Shown one piece after another: positions 12,258 to 25,320 of a stretch of DNA of 64,000 bases. The position numbers were made by a program, and so were the translations under genes. Within the stretch, counting starts at the first letter, position 1, and each line of letters begins with the position of its first letter. A model generated the notes under the pieces. It was not told the origin of the DNA. It did not search any database and worked only from the letters and a program-made list of their open reading frames with translations. Source of the stretch: Octopus vulgaris (lineage: Eukaryota); assembly GCA_951406725.2 (NCBI GenBank), contig OX597815.1:161820001-161884000 (forward strand), read 5' to 3'.

Positions 12258-12303
12258 ATCATCACCATCATCATCAGCAGCAGCAGCACCATCACCACCA
12301 TCA

Positions 12304-12334
<31 letters not shown>

Positions 12335-12570
12335 TTTTCCATGCTGGCATGGGTTAGATGGTTTGAGGGGAACTGGTAAGTTGGAGAGCAGTACCAGGTT
12401 CCAGTCTGTTTTGACTGAGTTTCTACAACTGGATGCCCTTCCTAACGCCAACCATTCCATAGAGTGTACTGAGTGTCATTTACGTGTCACCAGCATGGGT
12501 GACTTCAGGATGTCATCAGCATGGGTGACATGATAAAGGCACCCATGCTGGTGACACATAAAAGATACCC
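12258..12570 (-). mobile_element. Family B (RTE 3'UTR) copy with expanded CAT/CAC/CAG tail
   Basis: CTGGATGCCCTTCCTAACGCCAACC core. Confidence 0.75.
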
Positions 12571-12670
12571 AGAACAAAGTAATCTATGTACCCAGCCTAA
12601 CATGATTGTCTTGTTAGAATGACAAATACTATGTTGTTAGCCTTGAGAGAGCCTCTCATACAGGCACATG

Positions 12671-12974
12671 TTTGTTCCTTCTCGAGCCACGCCTGGCTCA
12701 TAAGGGCTGGTTTCTCAGTTTCCTTGGCGTATAGGTTCCCCACCTGGATGGGACGCCGGTCCGTCGCAGGTGAGCTGCAAGATGCAGGAGGAAAGGGTGA
12801 GAGAAAGTTGTGGCAGAAGAGGAGTCAGCAGAGATTCGCCATTACCTTCTGCCGGAGCTGTGTGGTGCTTAGGTGTTTCACTCATAAACACACACATCGC
12901 CCGGTCTGAGATTTGAACCCGCGATCCCTCGACCGCGAGTCCGCTGCTCTAACCACTAGGCTATGTGCCTCCGC
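12671..12974 (-). mobile_element. tRNA(Arg)-like SINE family D with 14-bp TSD
   Basis: TSD CATACAGGCACATG at 12657-12670 and 12975-12988; head with TAGCCTAGTGG, CT-CGC-GG/TCG arm, GGTTCAAATC; resembles OR-type SINEs known from octopus. Confidence 0.88.
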
Positions 12975-13619
12975 CATACAGGCACATGCTGCATAAATGC
13001 ATAGATATAAATCATAGCAGATGAAAATCATCTGTTATGGGTGCCAGAATTCTTGTATTATGTGATTTCAGTCTACTAGATCTCCTCAGTGAGAGTTGTC
13101 TGGGGACTGCATCTCAAATAAATCTCATTGCCACAATATATAGAATATCAACATCTGATATATGGAATGTCAGACATTAATGTCATAAATAACCAACAGG
13201 TTTATTAAAACTTAATTATTAGTAACAGAAGTGGTATTAGTGCCAAAAGGCAAACCTTCTATCCAACTTAACGTGGACGTCTTGTTAGAACACCAAATGC
13301 TGTAGTATTAGCCTAGAGATACTATTAACATCCAGTTGACTGGATGCTTTTATGCCCCATGCACCTATATGTGAGGGTCTCCCCAGGCTAACATTATCAG
13401 AAACCTGAAATGTGCATATTAAATGACTTCAAAATATCACTGTTTGGTTTGACTTCCTTGGCAGTATAAATTAGCAGGTCAAGCAAGGCTCCATTTATGT
13501 AGTTATGGTAACAATAGTTTAGAGTAGTTCATTATATTTGATTTGAGTCAAAAAAATTCTGGTACCATGCACTGCTTCTTAGCATTAGAGTAAATATGTA
13601 TCATATATCTATATATATC

Positions 13620-14057
<438 letters not shown>

Positions 14058-14099
14058 CGATATATATATATATACATATGTATATATAATTAGGGTTAC

Positions 14100-14200
14100 T
14101 GCTCTTCTCTCCATTCTTGTGAACGCATTTCAGCCTTTTTGGATAGACTTGTGACTGGTGATGAAAAATGGATCTTCTATCGAAATGTTAAATGTCGTAA
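14100..14200 (+). pseudogene. 100-bp fragment of the same mariner as 11182-12152
   Basis: LDRLVTGDEKWIFYRNV. Confidence 0.8.
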
Positions 14201-14426
14201 AATTAGAAATAGCAGCCAAAGACTGCTTATTCCTTTTTGCTACAGATATTACTGCAGATATAACATTACTTGTAACTCACATAGGCAAAAGAAGGAAAAT
14301 AACGAAATCAAACAGTCTTTGGTCTTTTTGTAAAAGTTCCTACTGATAATGGTTCTCTTTCCATACCGAAACTACTTGGTAATAATTATTAATTTTAAAA
14401 TTAATAATTATTTACCCTTATATATA

Positions 14427-14633
14427 TACTCTTTTTACTCTTTTACTTGTTTCAGTCATTTGACTGTGGCCATGCTGGAGCACCGCCTTTAGTTGAGAAA
14501 ATCGACCCCGGTACTAATTCTTTGTAAGCCTAGTACTTATTCTATCGGTCTCTTTTGCCGAACCGCTAAGTTACGGGGACGTAAACACACCAGCATCAGT
14601 TGTCAACCGATGATGGGAAGACAAACACAGACG

Positions 14634-14679
<46 letters not shown>

Positions 14680-14863
14680 TACACATATATATATATATGT
14701 ACAACGGGCTTCTTTCAGTTTCCATCTACCAAATCCACTCACAAGGCTTTGGTTGGCCTGAAGCTATAGTAGAAGTCACTTACCCAAGGTGCCATGCAGT
14801 GGGATTGAACCCAGATCCATGTGGTTGGTAAGCAAGCTACTTACCACACAGCCACTCCTGCGC

Positions 14864-14865
<2 letters not shown>
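14427..14865 (-). mobile_element. SINE family A, full length
   Basis: Reverse complement of the family consensus. Confidence 0.9.
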
Positions 14866-14914
<49 letters not shown>

Positions 14915-14936
14915 TATATAGATAGATAGATAGATT

Positions 14937-15024
<88 letters not shown>

Positions 15025-15036
15025 CACACACACACA
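14866..15036. repeat. Compound microsatellite (TA)n(CA)n(AGAT)n
   Basis: Seen directly. Confidence 0.95.
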
Positions 15037-15898
15037 AATATTTCTGGATGTTTGCCAAAACTACTTGACAAACATGACAGGAGTGAAACATCCTGTACGT
15101 TTTTTACTGTCAATTCTTTTTTAAAAACATCATTTAATTATTCTGCTAAAAAAGACATAGAGGCCTTTCTTTGGTTCATAGTTTTATTTTCCATTACAGT
15201 TATGTGTTAGATAGGTATAAGAAGAGAAAGAGAGGAGCAGGGAAGTGTGGCATTATAATTAATGCTTGGTGTGTCCTGATTTGATGTGAAATCAGGTGTG
15301 ACACAATGGAGTGACTGGACTTTTCTGATCTGACTATGAGTGAAAGATTTTAAAGTAAAATCCTGTTTTACTTTCTTCTTTATTTTTAGATCATAATGCA
15401 ATGAACTGCTGGTTAAAAAAAAGTCAATATTCATAGAAAAATAAACTTCATGCACCAAACGTGATGAAGACTATAAAGTTCATGCTGAAGTTATACAAGT
15501 CCTAGGATCAGTGCCATTGCAAATGGGGGAATAAGGGGAGTCAAAGTATATTTTTAAAAATTGGTATCTTTTCAGCAATTTTTTTCACTCTTTAGTTACA
15601 AATATCAGTAGTTGTTTCATATATAATAACATTGTGACTGAAATATGAAATTAATGAATGTAGAAAACAATTATGTATATTATAACTAAGGAAATATTTC
15701 ACATAATATTAAAGAAATGCAATAAAAACTATTTGATACATTTGATGTGCCTTTTTACCTCTGCCATAGCGAAGGTGAAGATATTGTTTTCAGTCATGTT
15801 TGTTTGTTTGTTTGTTTGTCCATGGACTGAATCCAAAACCATATAGTTAGGAAGCAAACTTTTTACCACACAGCCATACCTGTGCCTACATATATATA

Positions 15899-15946
<48 letters not shown>

Positions 15947-16014
15947 ATTATAATCAAGGATGAAATGTATTTATCAAGTAACTAGCATGTAAAAACCAAT
16001 TTAGGTTTTGTATG

Positions 16015-16057
<43 letters not shown>

Positions 16058-16111
16058 CCCATGTATGTATGTATGTATATATGTATATATGTGTATGTGT
16101 ATTTATTTATT

Positions 16112-16157
<46 letters not shown>

Positions 16158-16164
<7 letters not shown>

Positions 16165-16947
16165 TCAATATAGGGTGGCAAAAAAAATTTTGTAGAATTT
16201 TTTTGCCACCAGCGGCCTAGTGGGAAAAAATTAAATAGTCATAGACCATTTTTAAGTTCAACATCAACAATCAAGGAACGGCCATAATAGGCCATTCACC
16301 CACTAGAAATAACAGCCAAAGCTTCAACCGCAAATAAAAATTAATTCCGTAAACCAGGAGAAAATTTAAAAATTTAAAAATTTAAAAATTTAAAAAATTT
16401 AAAAATTTTAAAAATTTAAAAAATTTTAAAAAATTTTAAAAACCAGGAGAAAATTTAATGACTATTTAATTTTTTGACTATGACTATTTAATTTTTTCCC
16501 ACTAGGCCGCTGGTGGCAAAAAAATTCTACAAAATTTTTTTTGCCACCCTATATTGATTAATTATGAATTTTCTGGTTAATTCCGTAATGGAATCGATGG
16601 CTTATATTTATTTGCTGCCGATAAATTTGGCGCGAGTGCGACGATTTGAAAATTTTAGGTCAGATATAACCTTGGCAAGGTCGGAAATGCCTCGTGAAAA
16701 TATCTGTTCCGACTTGGGCTATTTCTTACTGAAGAATCTGAGGGCCTATGGAAGATTGGCTTGATTTAATTTAATCAGGTTAGTTTACCATTAATCAGCA
16801 GATGAAACGGTGCATCGTATAAGAAATTACAGGGTAAATGTTTTTTAAATTTTCTCCTGGTTTACGGAATTAATTTTTATTTGCGGTTGAAGCTTTGGCT
16901 GTTATTTCTAGTGGGTGAATGGCCTATTATGGCCGTTCCTTGATTGT

Positions 16948-16950
<3 letters not shown>
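16158..16950 (+). mobile_element. Penelope pLTR/retrozyme-like element with an inverted, permuted partial copy, inserted in (TA)n
   Basis: 16158-16244 is the reverse complement of 16478-16564; 16264-16372 is the reverse complement of 16842-16950; contains an HHR. Confidence 0.75.
16721..16827 (+). ncRNA. Type I hammerhead ribozyme with extended stem II
   Basis: Stem I ATTTCTTA/TAAGAAAT (8 bp); CTGAAGA; stem II ATCTG/CAGAT closing a ~58-nt hairpin; GAAA; stem III CGGTGCATCG; GTA site, predicted cut after 16819. Confidence 0.8.
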
Positions 16951-16984
<34 letters not shown>

Positions 16985-17152
16985 TCAATGCTCAAAATGG
17001 AGAGTAGATAGACAGCCAACAACTGATGAAGGGTCTTTCTTTATGTTACATGTCCTGTTTCCATTTGTTTCTCTCGTTGTTTGCATGTTGAACTCATTTG
17101 TTTTCGTATTTCATGTTGTTTACTGTTGGTGACATCTTGTACCCATATATGC

Positions 17153-17229
<77 letters not shown>

Positions 17230-17282
17230 AACACATATATACATACACACATATATGTACATATGCACATACACACATGCAG

Positions 17283-17343
<61 letters not shown>

Positions 17344-18064
17344 GTTTCAATCATCAGTGGAAATCCAGCAGGAATTTATGCAATTGCTAGAAATATCTCA
17401 GATTATGCCAGATAATGACTGCTTACAATTATGTCAAGTTAGTTTTAGTTTTCAATCTGTTTCACATAAACTGAAAAGAACCTTTCACACAATACACAAG
17501 CACACACACACTCCTGTGCACACACACAAAGTCTCACACATACACACACACCTGTGCACATATACAAAGTCTCACACATACACAAAGTCTCACATACACA
17601 CGCACATAATGGGTTTCTTCCAGTCTCTGTCTATCAAATCTACTCACAAGACTTTGGTCAGCCCAGGCTTGTAAAAAAAGGCATCTGCCCAACTTGAGAC
17701 TGAACCTGCAACTTTGTTGTTTGAGAAGCAAGCAATAACAATGTCCTTTAAATATAGTATATCTAAAACTATATTATCCTAAGTATCCTTCCTTTAAAAG
17801 AAAAAACAAAAAAACACCAAGAGTATTAATAGACAATGTTTTAGCTTCTGTTTTGAGTCTTGGAGAAATTCTCTCAGAATCTCACATGTAAAGGTCAAAT
17901 GTCAATCAGTGCGGGAAAATGTCGTGAAATGGAATTTAAAAGACTTAACTGGAAGGAAAAGATGGTTCATAAAGTATTATGTTCGTTGATGTGTGTGTGT
18001 GTGAGTGTGTGTGAGTGTGTGTGAGTGTGTATGATGGTGTGTGTGTGTGTGTGTGTGTGTGTGT

Positions 18065-18456
18065 GATCGTCAGCAGCAGCAGCAGCATAATTTAACATCC
18101 GCTTTCCAAGCACACGTGTTGGATGGTTTGACTGGAAATGGTATGCCGGAGAGCTGCCCCAGGTTCCAGTCTGACTTGGCATGGTTTCTACAGTTTGATG
18201 GCCTTCCTGACGCCAACCACTCCGAGAGTGTAAAGGGTGCTTTTTACATGCATGCCATTTGCATGACACTAGTAATGGTCACAACTACGATTTCACAGGT
18301 ACCGCTTCCAAGACACTGGCAATGACCAAGACTACAGTTTCACTTGACTTGACAAATCTAAAACACATCATATTGTCAAGGTCTTGGTCACTTGTCATCA
18401 CCTCCATGAGGCCCAACATTCGAAGTTCACACTTCACCACCTTGTCCCTCACCTCC
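18065..18456 (-). mobile_element. Family B copy retaining the RTE ORF C-terminus
   Basis: Minus strand DKVVKCELRMLGLMEVMTSDQDL precedes the family B 3'UTR. Confidence 0.75.
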
Positions 18457-18647
18457 ATATATATATATATGTACATATTACAACAAGTTAGGGGTTGTGG
18501 ATCCAACCCACTAAGGGATAATACTTATCCAATATACTGTTGGTATAATACCCAAATTATAAATACACAAGTGTTTTTAATTGCAATGCAATCAACTTAC
18601 TTATTGTATTAAATGGGTGAAGGTAAAGAAATATTTTACCATTAATT

Positions 18648-18880
18648 TATAATACAAATAAGAAAATGGAGAAACAATTTAGATGGTTTGGGTGATTTTA
18701 ATGATTCCAATGATTTATATTAAGGTTTTTATAATTGTATTATTATCTTATATGTATTAAATTTTAATGTATATATGTATGTTATTATGGTTCTCGTTTT
18801 GTTAAATAAATAAATAAGTCAACATTCTAATATCCTAAAGCTGATAAACCAACTAAATTGTTTCTCCATTTTCTTATTTG

Positions 18881-18887
<7 letters not shown>
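18648..18887. repeat. 240-bp segment with 42-bp inverted ends
   Basis: TATAATACAAATAAGAAAATGGAGAAACAATTTAGATGGTTT; near-exact reverse complement at 18846-18887. Confidence 0.8.
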
Positions 18888-18919
<32 letters not shown>

Positions 18920-19845
18920 ATTAAGCGACAGAACCTCCATCAAAGTAATTCAACTAAGAGTGAAAGATACCATCTATAATAAAATATAAATTTAAATCTA
19001 TTATTAATATTGTAGTAAAAATCACTATACCAAGCAATACACATTAAATCAATCATGCACGCTTCGCGACGACATATTCAAATCGACCACATCAAAATTG
19101 ATAACCTCAGAAATCAATATTAATTCAATCCAACAATACATCGTCACTCTTCAGGTCTAAACAACATAAAATAAATTTACAACATAAATGAAAACATAAT
19201 TAAACTAAACATTTAGAATATATATATATATATTCCCCACGGGGAGATAAACACAGAGGGGACAAACAAGGACAGACAAAGGAATTAAGTCAATTACATT
19301 GACTCCAGTGCATAATTGGTACTTATTTAATTGACCCCAAAAGGATGAAAGGCAAAGTCGACCTCGGCGGAATTTCAACTCAGAACATAACAGCAGACAA
19401 AATACCACTAAGCATTTTACCCGGCATGCTAATGATCCTGCCAGCTCACCACCCTCCTCCATATATATATATAGGCACAGGCATGGCTATGTGGTAAGAA
19501 GTTTTCTTCCCAACCACATGGTTCTGGGTTCAGTCTTGCTGTATGGCATCTTAGGCATATATGTCTTCTACCAAAGCCTTGTGAGTGGATTTGGTAGACT
19601 GAAACTGTACAGAAAATTAAGCACAGGCATGGTAAGAATTTTGTTTCCCAACCACATGGTCTTCGGTTCAGTCCCACTGCATGGTACCTTAGGCAAGTTT
19701 CTTCTTCTATAGCTCTGGGCCAACCAAGACCAAGGGCTGGATTTGGTAGTTGGAAACTAAAAGGCCCTCATATATATATATATATAATGGGGTTTTTGTG
19801 TTATGTATATATATATATATACCTCTGTGTGTGTGTATGTATATA

Positions 19846-20146
19846 TCATCATCATCATCGTTTAACATCCGTTTTCAATGCTAGCATGGGTTGGACAGTT
19901 TGACCGGGATCTGGGAAGCCAGGAGGCTGCACCAGGCCCCAGTTTGATCTGGCAGTGTTTCTACAGCTAGATGCCCTTACTAACGCCAATCACTCCGTGA
20001 GTGTAGTGGGTGCTTTTTACGTGCCAGGTGAGGCTGGCAACGGCCACGATTGGATTGGTACTTTTCACATGGCACTGGCACGGAAGCCAGTCAAGGTGGC
20101 ACTGGCATCGGCTATGTTCAGATGGTGCTTTTTACGTGCCACCGGT
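19846..20146 (-). mobile_element. Family B (RTE 3'UTR) copy
   Basis: (CAT)n-TTAACATCCG...ATGCCCTTACTAACGCCAA. Confidence 0.8.
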
Positions 20147-20820
20147 GTTATATATGTATATGTGTGTGTGCGTGAGCATATGTGTCTCCTTGTCTTGACA
20201 TCACATGGTAGTTGTAAATGGGTATTACTGTCATACAAGCCATGATACTCATTTCCAATATTCTACATGAACATGTCTAGCCATAGGGAAATATTGCTTA
20301 GCTTGGAAAGAAGTGAGGGTTTGTAACAGGAAAGGCATCCAGCCATAGAAAATCTGCCTAAAAAAAAACTCTGCCTAACCCATACAAGCATGGAAAAGTG
20401 AACAGTAAATGATGATGGCAACAATGATGATTATGATGACAATGATGACGACAACGACAATGATGAGTTTGTCAATAAGAATTTCTTAGTTTCTTTTGAC
20501 GCAATGATGCTGTTACAAAAACATGAAAACTGCAATCCCAATGTGATTATTTTGACTGAGCTTGGAAACCAGCTGGAGTATTATCAAATAATTTTTGGCT
20601 GTAAAAATCTATCCAAGTTTTTTCTGCTTACAGTTAACCGAAGGAGTTTATTTCAGTTCACTTTATATTTTCCTTATGTTTGTTGTTTCAGTTTTCTATG
20701 TAATATATGCTGTCCAGGGGCAATATGAAAATCAAGTGGAATGATACCCATGATAACACTACATCTATTATATTGCTTGTCTTAAAGAATACTTTCCATT
20801 CCTGAACAACAGTGATAACT

Positions 20821-21016
20821 GTGGTGATGGCGGTGGTGGTGATGGTGGTGGTGGTGGTGGCGGCGGCGGCGGTGGCGGTGGTGGCGGTGGCAGTGGCGGT
20901 GGTGGTGGTGGTGGTGGTGGTGGTGGTGGTGGTGGTGGTGGTGGTGGTGGTGGTGGTGGTGGTGGTGGCGGCGGTGTGGTGGTGGTGGTTTTGGCGGTGG
21001 TGGTGGTGGTGGTGGT
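20821..21016 (+). repeat. ~195-bp (GGT/GGC)n trinucleotide tract
   Basis: Seen directly; one phase shift near 20976. Confidence 0.95.
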
Positions 21017-21431
21017 AGAGGCTGTAGCAGTTACAGCAGTAAAAATAGTAAATCGGTTTCACCTGAATCCACCAGAAAATCAAAGGAATTGCTGAATAGA
21101 CTGTTGTGCGATCAGGAAATATTTCCAAAAGTTTTAATCTGTGATTCGAGTTTATAGTTCCATTCCTGTTCAGTTTCTCTTCTTCTTTCGTTTTTTTTTT
21201 TTGTTTTTGAACTGTTCCATGCACACTTTGGCTGATAAGTTTAAAACATTACGCACTTAAATATTTACACTCACAAATTCCACATTTCTTAGTAATATAT
21301 ACAAACATGTACATACATATATGTATATATATACAAATATATGTACATGTGTGTGTGCCTTTGTATCAATGTATATTTGTATATGTATATAAGTATGTAT
21401 ATATATATATGTGCATGTGTACATGTGTAGC

Positions 21432-21460
<29 letters not shown>

Positions 21461-21462
<2 letters not shown>

Positions 21463-22310
21463 GTGCGGGGTGAATAAACTGACATCTAAAGTACCCAAGA
21501 ATGAAAATAACACTGACATCTCATTTTAACGGATATATTTACAAAAGTTACATTAAAATATCTTGAAATGCTGAAGAGTAAATTTATTCAATAAAAACAC
21601 CATTTGCTTCAGCGACAGCCCCAGATGACTTCAGAATCTCCTACAACTCTTCAGGACAGTCTCCTTGTTTAAGTTAGTGAATGCTGCCATAATTCTTGCC
21701 TTCAGTTCATCTTTCATGTTACAAGGAGTTTTGTGGTTTCTCACTAAACTGTTCCCCACACATAATAATCAAGGGGGTGGCATTCTGGGCAGTCAGGTGG
21801 CCAGATGTTAGGGGTGATGTGGTCGCAAAAATTGTCTGTCAGCCATCACTGGGTTTTTTTCCTTGTGTGACATGCTGCAGTCCTGTCACCAGACATAGTG
21901 TCGTCCAGCAGTCACCCTCTTGACCCAGGGCAGCATTACCTCCTCCAGGCAGTTGATGTAGGCCTACATGTTGAATCTGAGGCTGTGTGGGAAGATGAAT
22001 GGAGGCATAACGTCATCATCACTAATTTTGAGTGGATGTTTTATTTTTATCACACTCGGTACATGTCCTCAGATTGATACCCAAACACTCTGAAATATTC
22101 GTAGTGGAGCTTCCAATGTGAAGGCCAAGCTGTACAGCACATTGTTTCCAAATTTCTGGCAGAGTGAACTGCCTCATGATGCTGTCTTTCTCATATACAG
22201 TGCCCAACTGACCCTACTATACTGTGTAGTTGACAAAATCAAAAACAAACAATGTGCATATGTGAAATTAAAAATATAAAATGGTGACAATTTACACATA
22301 TTGCATCCTG
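21461..22310 (-). mobile_element. Internally deleted maT/DD37D-type Tc1/mariner element
   Basis: Minus strand YVW*QD..CHT..WLTDNFCDHITPNIWPPDCPECHPLDYYVWG (about 37 residues between the last two D, across a frameshift); N-term MRQFTLPEIWK; end CAGGATGCA..AAATTGTCACCATTT next to TA. Confidence 0.82.
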
Positions 22311-23589
22311 TATACATAAATGTGTGTGTGTGTGTGTATGTGTGTGTGTGTGTGTGTATGTATTTTTTCATTTTCATCATTTCATCTAGTTTCAGCTCAC
22401 GAGCTGTGGCCATGCTGGGGCACCGCCATTTGTACATGTATATATAATAATAAATGTGAAAGCGAATGCCAGTGTGTTAGTGTGTCACACTTTTCAACTT
22501 TATTTCTCCAAACCCTTCTCTCACTATTCAATAACATTTCCACTATTCCTCATGCTTACCCCACACTCACTATTCGATGACTCTTCTACTATTTTTCATT
22601 CTTGGTTTTTTTCTTAATCCTAACATTTTGAAAAAAATATTTTTCTAAATATAACTATTTCCAAAAGTAATTTCCAAAATAAACATTTTGAAAAAATCTT
22701 TCTCATTTTTACTATAACACATGCTTCATAACATTTGGGACTGAAATAAGTATAGAAATCACTCTCTCAAATAATATTACCACTCATAACACTCTACCAT
22801 AAAAATCTTGGTAACTTATTATTTTTTCAGATATTGATAAAATTTGTTGGACCTATTTTCATGCCGTCAGCCATTGGAACCATGAAAACTAAGTGCACTT
22901 CAACTACATAAAAATAGATTCGACTAATTTTATAATTTCCTTAAAAAATACTAAATTTCAAACATTTTTATGGTCAAATACATTTAGAGCAATTCCAAAC
23001 CATAAAAAGCGCACTTTAAAATATTGTTTAGTGACAGCAGTGCAAATTTCCTTCAGACTATGAACAGGAGTTTAGATATGTACCAGCTATTACAAACAAT
23101 TGTTTGTATGAAAAGTAAGGCCCTACATACATCAAATTGTCTTTAGATTAAGTGGTGGCAGAAGAATTATCATTGAACTTTTAAAAGGTAAGTTTATTGT
23201 AGCCTATGGCCAGCTACATGTTGATTGTTCAAGGGTAGGGAACGGAAACAAGCTATTTGTACTGACCTGAATGGGAAGACAAAATATGTTTATCATGCAG
23301 CTTTGCGATAAGTTTCAAGTCAACAAATTATATCATTTTGTTTTTGGATTTGGTTTGCGAGATTCTTTATATGAGTTCGTGTGTTGAAGCGACTCTCCCC
23401 AGACACAACAAATTATATCATTGTTTTGATGAAAATTGTTCATTGCTTGAAAAATGTTCAAGTTTAATAAAATTTGATATGTACTCAATGCATGAAGTCT
23501 CATTGTTGGACCCAAGGCCCAATGAAGAGCCCTCCACAGGAGCTAGCTTAAAAGCTGCCCTATCAAGTGGCTTTTAAACTAGTATATTT

Positions 23590-24150
23590 TACCTTATGAG
23601 TGAGATCCAGCACTTGGAATGACCAAGTTTAAATACTGCTGGATCTCACTCATAAGGTATTGGAATCTTACATTGTGTATAAACTCTATATTTGGAAGGA
23701 CCCATTTTAAACTCTGTTGGATTTTACTCATAATATATTGGAATCTTACATATATACCATTCTGCCTGAAACATGGATCTACAACTTCAATATCCCTACA
23801 TATCTTGCATCTGTTTTCTTTCCTCCACTTCACTCTCTATTTTGTATCACATCTAAACTAACTATGACTTAACCATCCTCTTACACTGTTTCCGATGAAG
23901 GGATAAAATTAATAAATATCCTAGAAACAGCTGTAAGACTTTCTATCCATAAATGTTCTAATATCTATACAGCCTTGGTTTTTTATCTCATTATGCAAAA
24001 AATTCTTATATGCACATGCTGACATAGAACCAATGTTGAACCCTTTATTCGCAATATTACCCGAATCTGGAACTTAACTATGGTCTGGCTATAGCACTTA
24101 TTCAGCATTACCGGACACCATTGGGTCTCAATGACACCATTACCTCTTAT
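23590..24150 (+). mobile_element. Penelope pLTR-like element with fold-back 5' end and degenerate HHR (23888-23939)
   Basis: 23-bp perfect IR 23590-23612/23637-23659; CCGATGA..GGATA/TATCC..GAAA-CAGCTG-TA-AGAC; downstream blocks shared with 31511-31770. Confidence 0.7.
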
Positions 24151-24158
24151 AGCCTCAT

Positions 24159-24200
<42 letters not shown>

Positions 24201-24913
24201 TCTTCTTCATCATCATCATCATTTAGTGTCTGAGATCGAACCTGAGACTTCATAATTGTAAAGTGGACTTTTTAACTATTCTGTTGTGTGTGTGTGTGTA
24301 TGACAAAAAAGGAAACAATGAATAGAAAAGAAAAAAAATCAAAAGTAAAACGAATAAGAAAAATAAAGCTGTATGTTAATTATCAACTTCAACAGTATAT
24401 TTGGAAACTAATGTTGTGCTTAAGAACATGAAAGATTATTTATTGCTAAATAAATGGCCTTAAACCTCTTCCCCAGTTAGATTTTGTTTGTTCATAAGAT
24501 ACATTCAAATGACACCATTGAAGTGTATGATGGATTAGTTGTATAAAAACAATTTGAAGTCGGTTAAAGGACTGACAAGAAGCTTTATCAAATGAAAGAT
24601 ATTTGATAAGATATTTGTTACTTACATAGAATAGAATTTGTATGAGAATAGAACTTTCTTGAAATATATATATATATACATTTACATCATTATGGCAGTG
24701 AACTAGCAGAATCATTAGCACACAGGATAAAATGCTTAGTGGCATTTTGTCCATCTTAACATTTTGAGTTCAAGGTTCCACAGAGGATGACTTTGTGTTT
24801 CATCCTTTCGGAAGCAATTAAATAAGAACCACTTGAGCAGTAGGGTCAATGTAAACGACTGATTCCCTCCTCCAAAATTGCTGGCATTGTATCAAAATTT
24901 GAAACCAATATAT

Positions 24914-25064
24914 GTGGCTGCATTGTAAGTAGCTTGCTTACCAACCACATGGTCCCAGGTTCAGTTTCACTGCATGGCACCTTGGGCAAGTGTCTTTTGC
25001 TATCACCTCGGGCTGACCAAAGCCTTGTGAGTGGATTTGGTACACAGAAACTGAAAGAAGCCCA

Positions 25065-25106
<42 letters not shown>

Positions 25107-25320
25107 ATGTGTGTGCTTGTGTTTGTATTTGTCCTCCACCATCATTTGACAACCGATATTGGTGTGTTTCCATCCCCATAACTTCAGCAAAGAGATGATA
25201 GAATTAGTACCAGGCTTACAAAGAATAAGTCCTGGGGTCGATTTGTTTGACTTAAGGCAGTGCACCAGCATGGCTGCAGTCAAGTGACTGAAACAAGTAA
25301 AAGAATAAAAGAATAAAAGT
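24914..25320 (+). mobile_element. SINE family A
   Basis: Family consensus. Confidence 0.85.

Noticed and set aside
15200-15290. Good splice acceptor (TTTTCCATTACAG) followed by YVLDRYKKRKRGAGKCG
   Set aside because: Frame stops after 27 codons with no recognisable protein; cannot be supported.
17022-17060. CTGATGA in a TA-flanked insert
   Set aside because: No GAAA or closing stems downstream.
17341-17365. Minus-strand CTGATGA-TT-GAAA
   Set aside because: No stem II and no stem I partner.
14776-17674. Long ORFs rich in YI/HT/LSIY/CV (also 28796-29157, 43505-43832, 60060-61131 and others)
   Set aside because: Translations of stop-free microsatellites and SINEs, not genes.
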